Shown piece by piece: positions 1-4,450 of a DNA stretch of 4,524 nucleotides. The first letter of the stretch is position 1, and the number at the start of each line of letters is the position of its first letter. The stretch lies in the IMG/VR virus record IMGVR_UViG_2778261639_000017; one strand, written 5' to 3'. Both the position numbers and the translations under genes were made by a program. The notes below the pieces were generated by a model. That model saw only the letters and a list, made by a program, of their open reading frames with translations. It was not told the origin of the DNA and made no database searches. This stretch comes from a virus (Duplodnaviria > Heunggongvirae > Uroviricota > Caudoviricetes).

Positions 1-110
1 AGGCGCTCGCACTAATGACGCCCGTGGAATATATTTTAAAAGAGAATAAAAATTGCAATATGTGGTGGACCCATACATTCTGTTGTTTATGCCAAAGATA
101 AAGGCTACCA

Positions 111-311
111 TCAGGCAGCCTTGTTGTTCTGTTTGTCAAGTTCTCTGGCAATTATTGCCGTCGTTCGTATTGCCCATTTATCGACATATTTCCTATCTTC
201 CATTACAGGAAACATTTCTTCAGGCTTAACCATGCATTCCGATTGCAGCTTGCATCCATTACATCGCTTGAATTGTCCACGCCATTGATTTTTATCAATA
301 GTCGTAGTCAT
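111..311 (-). CDS. ral: Ral-like restriction-alleviation protein (66 aa)
   Basis: ORF of 66 codons with an ATG start at 309-311 (minus strand) and an AGGA Shine-Dalgarno about 8 nt upstream. Size, a Cys-containing RCNGCK...C motif, and position distal to N and sieB in the leftward early operon fit lambda Ral. The sequence also resembles lambda Ral as I recall it (recall not verified). Confidence 0.6.
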   Translation of the reverse strand: MTTTIDKNQWRGQFKRCNGCKLQSECMVKPEEMFPVMEDRKYVDKWAIRTTAIIARELDKQNNKAA

Positions 312-381
312 ACGGATAGTCCTGGTATTGTTCCATCACATCCTGAGGATGCTCTTCGAACTCTTCAAATTCTTCTTCCAT
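295..381 (-). CDS. Small highly acidic ORF (28 aa, MEEEFEEFEEHPQDVMEQYQDYPYDYDY) overlapping the ral start by 17 nt
   Basis: Hand translation of the minus strand gives ATG at 379-381 and a TGA stop at 295-297. This size and overlap match what I recall of the small orf28 annotated beside ral in lambda. It is below the 60-aa cutoff of the supplied ORF track. Its coding status is uncertain. Confidence 0.3.
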   Translation of the reverse strand: MEEEFEEFEEHPQDVMEQYQDYPYDYDY

Positions 382-460
382 ATATCACCTTAAATAGTGG
401 ATTGCGGTAGTAAAGATTGTGCCTGTCTTTTAACCACATCAGGCTCGGTGGTTCTCATGT

Positions 461-504
461 ACCCCTACAGCGAGAAATCGGATAAACTCTATTCACCCCT
501 ACAG
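461..504. repeat. Direct repeat ACCCCTACAG(C/A)GAG, two copies (461-474 and 495-508), directly upstream of the sieB-like start
   Basis: Seen directly: the 10-mer ACCCCTACAG occurs at 461-470 and 495-504, and the next four bases also match except at one position. Confidence 0.5.
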
Positions 505-524
505 AGAGCAAAAGAGAAACGCCG

Positions 525-1106
525 ATGAACAACTCATGGTGGCAGGAACTAATGCATTTTTTCCTGCAAGGAATGACACTTAAACAGTTGATTCATATGC
601 TAATCATCCTGATCATATTGATTATTGTTATGCCGGTAAGCGTAAAAGAATGGATAAACCTGCATAATCCAGAAATCCTTCCTCATTACTGGATGTATTA
701 CATCCTGTTGTTTTGCGTTAGCTATGTGCTTAACGGCGTTGTTAATTCCGCTTATCACGCTGTGACTGAAAGAATTGAGGTATCCGCTGCTCAGAAGCGC
801 AAATCTAAAGAAGAAAAATATGTGCAAGATTTGTTTGATTCATTAACTCTTGGAGAAAGAGCGTATTTGGCATTCGCTGTAGCCGCTAATAACCAGCTAC
901 AAACGGAAAAGGGAGCTCATGAATCAATTTCATTGCTCAAAAAAGGACTCCTCGTTCGAAGGCCTCCTGCTGTTGGATATCCTGATACCGACCGTTTCGT
1001 TATCCCTGAAAGCTATAGACATGAGTGCTACATTAGGTTTGCCGGGAAGGCAGACAGCCTTATGGATGAACTTATCGCTCAGGATAAGCATGGCAAAAAC
1101 AAGTAA
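525..1106 (+). CDS. sieB: SieB-like superinfection-exclusion protein, predicted inner-membrane protein (193 aa; alternative start ATG 552 giving 184 aa)
   Basis: Long + strand ORF ending in TAA at 1104-1106. The N-terminal part has two strongly hydrophobic stretches (LIHMLIILIILIIVMPV and YWMYYILLFCVSYVLNGVV) typical of SieB. It lies between ral and N and converges on N, as sieB does in lambda. ATG 552 has the better Shine-Dalgarno (CAGGAA, 4-nt spacer). Confidence 0.6.
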   Translation: MNNSWWQELMHFFLQGMTLKQLIHMLIILIILIIVMPVSVKEWINLHNPEILPHYWMYYILLFCVSYVLNGVVNSAYHAVTERIEVSAAQKRKSKEEKYVQDLFDSLTLGERAYLAFAVAANNQLQTEKGAHESISLLKKGLLVRRPPAVGYPDTDRFVIPESYRHECYIRFAGKADSLMDELIAQDKHGKNK

Positions 1107-1122
1107 TTAGCAAATGAATTTA

Positions 1123-1395
1123 TCATCTCGCCGTCAGTTGTTTTGATTTCCGGTAGCCTGCCGCGTAAAGAGCTACGTTCGGAAGACAAGTTGAACCTTC
1201 ATATTTTCTGGTCAACGTTGTCAGAGTTATCACTTCTGCTCTCATTGCTGGTTTGCGCTTGCATTGCAAGACCACTCGTGAAGGGGTTGGCCTGTGTAGC
1301 TTGTCGGAGCTGATCGCCTCCTGACTTTGCAGATTTGCGCGACGAGCTCTACGGCGAGAAGCTGCGGTGCCTTTAAATTCTGTTTTTCTGGACAT
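1123..1395 (-). CDS. N: Antitermination protein N (90 aa) with an arginine-rich motif and a P22 gene-24-like C-terminus
   Basis: ATG at 1393-1395 is preceded by a strong Shine-Dalgarno (GGGAGGAA, 5-nt spacer). The N-terminal region carries an arginine-rich motif (GTAASRRRARRANLQ). The C-terminal residues ...LPNVALYAAGYRKSKQLTAR closely resemble the P22 N-like protein as I recall it. The 24-codon upstream extension in the ORF track (to 1467) is rejected because it lacks a ribosome-binding site. Confidence 0.75.
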   Translation of the reverse strand: MSRKTEFKGTAASRRRARRANLQSQEAISSDKLHRPTPSRVVLQCKRKPAMRAEVITLTTLTRKYEGSTCLPNVALYAAGYRKSKQLTAR

Positions 1396-1493
1396 GGATT
1401 CCTCCCGAATAAACTTTGGCGATGCAATCTCGAAGCTCCTCCTGAGACGGTTGCTTCGGCATTGCATCCCACAGCTTATGTGGTTGGGTGATC

Positions 1494-1539
1494 TGGCTTT
1501 TCAGCCACGTAGTCGAGAGTCGACGTTGTTTAAAGAGCC
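1494..1539 (-). promoter_or_regulatory. nutL: nutL: boxA (GGCTCTTTAAACAAC on the minus strand, + 1525-1539), spacer hairpin (GTCGA-CTC-TCGAC, + 1512-1524), boxB-like hairpin (TGGCT-GAAA-AGCCA, + 1494-1507)
   Basis: The boxA core GCTCTTTAA matches the lambdoid and rrn boxA consensus. The element lies between the predicted pL and the N start. Its architecture is mirrored at nutR on the + strand with compensatory changes in the boxB stem. Confidence 0.6.
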
Positions 1540-1584
1540 TGCCAGTCTGTTCCATTTGGCTTCCAGCGTCCTGCTGACGGTTAA

Positions 1585-1613
1585 ATAGTACGATATGTAC
1601 TTTACAAGATCAA
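1585..1613 (-). promoter_or_regulatory. Candidate pL with an embedded operator: -35 TTGATC (+ 1608-1613), -10 TACTAT (+ 1585-1590), 17-bp spacer containing the 12-mer TAAAGTACATAT (+ 1593-1604)
   Basis: The same 12-mer sits at the same place in the spacer of the predicted PR (3 nt after the -35, 2 nt before the -10). The hexamers are moderate matches to the sigma70 consensus. An alternative -35 (TTGTAT) is possible. Confidence 0.4.
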
Positions 1614-1797
1614 TACAATTTGTTGTAGGTTGGCGTGGTTTTTTATAACGCTTTGTATTTAATAGTGTTGTTTTTTAGCGTGGATGTATTGTCTCGGCGA
1701 TGTAAGGAGAGATCAGAATTGCGTGGTTTAGTGGGTTGCATCTATTTATTTTTCAATAAATATAATTGGTTATGTGTTTTTAGGTGGGCGAACGTGA

Positions 1798-1828
1798 GGC
1801 AAAGAAAACCCGGCGCTGAGGCCGGGTT
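1798..1828 (-). terminator. Intrinsic terminator of the cI-cassette operon: 8-bp GC-rich stem (AACCCGGC / GCCGGGTT), 6-nt loop, then TTTTCTTT on the minus strand
   Basis: Seen directly. The hairpin at 1807-1828 begins 3 nt after the stop of the 250-aa gene (stop at 1832-1834) and is followed on the minus strand by a T-rich tract (+ 1798-1806). Confidence 0.65.
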
Positions 1829-1831
1829 GTA

Positions 1832-2584
1832 TTATGCTGCAAGTCTCTTAATCCAAGTCTCTCTTTTGGAGAATGGTAGAACTTGGCTTGATTCATGGAA
1901 GAGTAAGGAGAGTTGTTGCATTTGATCACCAATTGCTTCGCTGTCTATAACAACAAATCTGTTGTTATACTCCTCACTTGAAGCTTTAAGATCAATTAGT
2001 TTCCCAAGCAATGAGTAAGCACTATTCCAGCTTCCTCCGTGTTTCACGCTTGATGTAAAAACGTATTTAGGTATGTCGGTTTTTATTGTTACAGGGACGG
2101 TAATTTGATGTCCACTCAAGCCATATACGTTTTCACGAAGAGAAAGTGCGTCTCTAAGCTCTGTGTGATATAGATAATCAATAACCATACTTTCAAACTT
2201 TTCAGCTTGAACTGGCTGATACCAGTCTAACGACAAAGTTGATGCGAGTATACCAGCTCTAATTATGTTCGATGTAATCGCACCGACATCCTTTTCTGTT
2301 GCCCAAGCAATGATTTCTCCTCGAGCATTGAGTTCTGCGCCTTCTTTAAGCAGTAATTGTCGTATCTCATCAAGTCGTTTTTTGGTAAGCGAGATCCCTC
2401 TTGCCTCCATATTCATTAAGGCATCGCATCTGTCACTAACTAAATACCTACCATTGACTTCACGGATAAAGGCACCGACATGCTCTCCATCATCACAGTA
2501 AGTGAATGGACTGATAATTCTCAAGGTCTTGCCTATTGGATGGCATTCGAAACCTAGTTGTGAGATCACTGTTGAGCACATCAT
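1832..2584 (-). CDS. Hypothetical protein, 250 aa, distal gene of the two-gene cassette in the rexAB-equivalent slot; function unknown
   Basis: Long minus-strand ORF. Its ATG (2584..2582) overlaps the TGA stop of the upstream gene in an ATGA arrangement, indicating translational coupling. No transmembrane-like segment, P-loop or other motif I can recognise. Not RexB-like (RexB is a small multi-pass membrane protein). Confidence 0.8.
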   Translation of the reverse strand: MMCSTVISQLGFECHPIGKTLRIISPFTYCDDGEHVGAFIREVNGRYLVSDRCDALMNMEARGISLTKKRLDEIRQLLLKEGAELNARGEIIAWATEKDVGAITSNIIRAGILASTLSLDWYQPVQAEKFESMVIDYLYHTELRDALSLRENVYGLSGHQITVPVTIKTDIPKYVFTSSVKHGGSWNSAYSLLGKLIDLKASSEEYNNRFVVIDSEAIGDQMQQLSLLFHESSQVLPFSKRETWIKRLAA

Positions 2585-3138
2585 ATTCCAAACCCCATTT
2601 GCCCCGACTCATCTTCAAGCGGTAAAGGTACTCTCCCAGAGTAAGTTATGTTCAGATGTTTACAGAAGTAATTCCAATACCCTACCAGGTCATCTGGGTT
2701 TATGTCATCTTCGATTGGAAACGCTATTCTATCACTATAGTATCCAGCTTCTTCATAGTATACATGGTAGTGAGCACCGTAAATGATATCTTGGTACTTC
2801 GGATGATCGACCTTGTAACTATTCGTGTGTTTGTCAAAGTGATAGGTATCTACCGCGAAAACCCTCTTGTTATGATAGAAAGCAATAATATTTATTTTAG
2901 GGTAAGAAATCGGGTCATCAGGTTCTGAATCCTGATCTGGTTTCCATTTCAGTTCAAACTTTAGCCCTTGTATAGGTATACAATCCTCATCCAAGGGGAT
3001 GATATGAGCTTGTAGCCACATATCAGAGCGACTTGGTTTCTGTTTCCATTTAACGCCAGAAAAGTTAACTATTTTTTTACAATAAAGTACTTTATCAACT
3101 TCTACTTGGCTTGGCTGATAATCATCTATTTTTGCCAA
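2581..3138 (-). CDS. Hypothetical protein, 185 aa, proximal gene of the two-gene cassette immediately downstream of cI; function unknown
   Basis: Minus-strand ORF bounded by an in-frame TAA two codons upstream. The only start consistent with full length is TTG at 3138..3136, with AGGGCGG about 6 nt upstream; the next in-frame ATG is at codon 40. The product is acidic and aromatic-rich (many D, E, Y, H) with no hydrophobic segments. It starts 39 bp after the cI stop. Confidence 0.7.
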   Translation of the reverse strand: MAKIDDYQPSQVEVDKVLYCKKIVNFSGVKWKQKPSRSDMWLQAHIIPLDEDCIPIQGLKFELKWKPDQDSEPDDPISYPKINIIAFYHNKRVFAVDTYHFDKHTNSYKVDHPKYQDIIYGAHYHVYYEEAGYYSDRIAFPIEDDINPDDLVGYWNYFCKHLNITYSGRVPLPLEDESGQMGFGI

Positions 3139-3177
3139 TGTTTACCGCCCTGTAAATTGTAGATAAAAGTGGTTTCA

Positions 3178-3831
3178 TCACCCAAACGTCTCTTCAGGCC
3201 ATTGGCTGGCGATAACTTTCCCCACAACGGAACAACTCTCATTGCATGGGATCATTGGGTATTGTGGGTTTAGTGGCTGTAGAAACACCTGACCGCTATC
3301 CCTGATCAGTTTCTTGAAGGTAAATTCATCACCACCAAGTCTGGCTATGCAGAAATCGCCGGGCTCAACAGCTTGCTCAGGGTCAACCAGAATTAACATC
3401 CCGTCAGGAAAGCTGGGTTTGGAACCTGTTGGTGCGGTCATTGAGTTACCTTCAACCTCAAGCCAGAATGCAGAGTCACTGGCTTTTTTGGTTGTGCTTA
3501 CCAATCTCTCCGCATCGCCTTTGGTAAAGGTTCTGAGTTCTGGAGAGAACATCCCAGCCTGAACATGAGAAAAAACAGGGTACTCATATTGTTTTTTAAC
3601 TGGGGCCGATGAGTATTCGCCAACAGGTGAAAATGTCCCGTCGTGGTTGAATGATATGTTATCAATACCAAGGTATTTAAACACCACACCAATATCACTA
3701 AGAGATGGATGACGAGATCCGCGCAACCAGTGTCCAATCCCACCCTGCGTCATACCTAGCTCTTCGGCTAACTTCTCTTGAGTTATGCCGAGCTCTTTCA
3801 TTCTGGATCTAGCCAGTTCATACCATTTCAT
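3178..3831 (-). CDS. cI: CI-type prophage repressor: XRE-family HTH N-terminal domain plus lambda-CI-type S24/LexA-like autocleavage C-terminal domain
   Basis: The C-terminal ~135 residues ([16 protein letters not shown]...SQWPEETFG) match lambda CI as I recall it at all but one position, including the Ala-Gly cleavage site (VQAGMF), the catalytic Ser (GNSMTAP) and Lys (FKKLIRD). The N-terminal domain ([38 protein letters not shown]...) is an unrelated HTH. Start chosen at ATG 3829-3831, which has AAGGA 7 nt upstream. Alternative starts are ATG 3835-3837 and ATG 3871-3873 (which would be leaderless-like, as in lambda PRM); TTG at 3879 is the track's limit. Confidence 0.9.
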   Translation of the reverse strand: MKWYELARSRMKELGITQEKLAEELGMTQGGIGHWLRGSRHPSLSDIGVVFKYLGIDNISFNHDGTFSPVGEYSSAPVKKQYEYPVFSHVQAGMFSPELRTFTKGDAERLVSTTKKASDSAFWLEVEGNSMTAPTGSKPSFPDGMLILVDPEQAVEPGDFCIARLGGDEFTFKKLIRDSGQVFLQPLNPQYPMIPCNESCSVVGKVIASQWPEETFG

Positions 3832-3873
3832 TTTCATGTCCTTATTATTACGCTTTGTACTGGAACCATCCAT

Positions 3874-3946
3874 GCACAATGTGTATTTTTACTTGTATTC
3901 TTAAAGTACATATTGTATTTTTATTCGTGTTTACTATGGAGGGCAT
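3874..3946. promoter_or_regulatory. Divergent cI/cro control region (OR with PRM and PR). Candidate PR: -35 TTGTAT 3893-3898, -10 TATTTT 3916-3921, operator 12-mer TAAAGTACATAT 3902-3913 in the spacer. cro Shine-Dalgarno GGAGGG at 3938-3943
   Basis: Seen directly: an AT-rich intergenic region between the divergent repressor and cro genes, with recurring TGTA/TACA inverted motifs (for example the 17-mer TGTATTCTTAAAGTACA at 3894-3910, half-sites matching 6 of 8). The 12-mer is shared with the pL region in the same promoter-relative position. Confidence 0.6.
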
Positions 3947-4162
3947 ATGAGCAACCTACGAAAATATCGAGAGTCACTGAATATCTCTCAAACAACACTT
4001 GCTAAGGCAGTTGGATGCACACAGGGAGCTATCGGACATTGGGAATCTGGTCGTCGCTTCCCAGACCTTAAAACATGCCGTGCTCTTGTTGCATGCCTAA
4101 ACAAGTTAGGCGCAAAAGTCAGTCTTGATGACGTGTTCCCGCCGGAACATAAAGCCGCTTAA
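3947..4162 (+). CDS. cro: Cro-like HTH regulator (71 aa)
   Basis: ATG at 3947 is preceded by a strong Shine-Dalgarno (GGAGGG). The product has an XRE-type helix-turn-helix (ISQTTLAKAVGCTQGAIGHWESG). It is divergent from cI across the operator region. Stop TAA at 4160-4162. Confidence 0.85.
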   Translation: MSNLRKYRESLNISQTTLAKAVGCTQGAIGHWESGRRFPDLKTCRALVACLNKLGAKVSLDDVFPPEHKAA

Positions 4163-4172
4163 TAAGCGGATC

Positions 4173-4218
4173 CGCTCTTTGTAACAACGGACATTCGTCC
4201 TACGTCGCTGAAAAGCGA
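4173..4218 (+). promoter_or_regulatory. nutR: nutR: boxA (CGCTCTTTGTAACAAC, 4173-4188), spacer hairpin (GGAC-ATTC-GTCC, 4189-4200), boxB-like hairpin (TCGCT-GAAA-AGCGA, 4205-4218)
   Basis: Position-for-position parallel to nutL on the opposite strand (boxA, small hairpin, TACGT, then a 5-bp stem with GAAA loop). The boxB stems differ by base-pair-preserving changes (GGCU/AGCC versus CGCU/AGCG). Located just downstream of cro, as in lambdoid phages. Confidence 0.6.
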
Positions 4219-4303
4219 GTTCCAAGATATCTGACCAACTAAGGCCATATGCGTTTCCACGCATACCTTTCAACTAACTATTCACTATTGGAAATCTTAA
4301 GAA

Positions 4304-4450
4304 ATGGAAAGAACAAGTTACAGCAAACTATCACAGCGTGACGTTGATCGCGCAGAAACAGATTTACTTATCAATCTGTCAGCTATTACCCAGCGCGGTC
4401 TGGCAAAGATGATTGGCTGTCATGAATCGAAGATAAGCAGAACGGACTGA
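4304..4450 (+). CDS. cII: CII-like HTH activator, apparently truncated (48 aa) by an in-frame TGA
   Basis: Hand translation gives MERTSYSKLSQRDVDRAETDLLINLSAITQRGLAKMIGCHESKISRTD then stop. The HTH segment aligns with lambda CII (...LLNKIAMLGTEKTAEAVGVDKSQISRWKRDW...) as I recall it. Lambda CII is 97 aa. The frame stays open beyond the TGA to the window edge. Confidence 0.4.
   Translation: MERTSYSKLSQRDVDRAETDLLINLSAITQRGLAKMIGCHESKISRTD

Noticed and set aside
600-1110. ORFs 600-827 (-) and 919-1110 (+) within the sieB-like gene
   Set aside because: Nested or out-of-frame shadows of the 193-codon + strand ORF.
1396-1467. 24-codon N-terminal extension of the N ORF in the track
   Set aside because: The strong Shine-Dalgarno (GGGAGGAA) sits immediately upstream of ATG 1395, and the extension would bury it inside coding sequence. 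N-type arginine-rich motifs lie near the N-terminus.
1494-1507. GAAA-loop hairpin as an intrinsic terminator (tL)
   Set aside because: It is not followed by a U-tract on the transcribed strand, and an equivalent hairpin occurs at nutR. Interpreted as boxB instead.
1242-1588. ORFs 1242-1472 (-), 1367-1588 (+) and 1373-1555 (-) over the N leader and nutL region
   Set aside because: The region is explained by the N 5' leader and nutL RNA elements. The ORFs overlap each other and lack ribosome-binding sites.
1635-1925. 96-aa + strand ORF spanning the OL-side spacer, the terminator hairpin and the 3' end of the 250-aa gene
   Set aside because: No ribosome-binding site, runs through the terminator stem-loop, and is antisense to a much longer, well-organised ORF. 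Likely a chance open frame in AT-rich sequence.
2265-2928. Three + strand ORFs (2265-2501, 2502-2786, 2656-2928) inside the cassette
   Set aside because: All are short, mutually overlapping and antisense to the two long translationally coupled minus-strand genes. No start signals.
1832-3138. Calling the cassette rexA-rexB
   Set aside because: Sizes are wrong (RexA about 279 aa, RexB about 144 aa as I recall) and neither product has RexB-like transmembrane helices. The products do not resemble Rex as far as I can judge without a search.
3139-3177. Inverted repeat TTTAC-AGGGCG-GTAAA and TGTA repeats between cI and the first cassette gene as a terminator or operator
   Set aside because: The stem is short and AT-rich with no T-tract, and it overlaps the putative ribosome-binding site. 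At most a weak translational-control structure; not supportable as a distinct feature.
3832-3879. Longer cI with a TTG start at 3879 or ATG at 3871-3873
   Set aside because: No ribosome-binding site upstream, whereas ATG 3829-3831 has AAGGA at optimal spacing and gives a canonical XRE HTH domain start. Kept as an alternative because leaderless initiation at 3873 (as at lambda PRM) cannot be excluded.
3314-4005. ORFs 3314-3562 (+), 3498-3743 (-) and 3778-4005 (+) overlapping cI and the operator region
   Set aside because: They lie within or antisense to the strongly supported cI gene, or run across the OR intergenic region into cro in another frame. Shadow ORFs.
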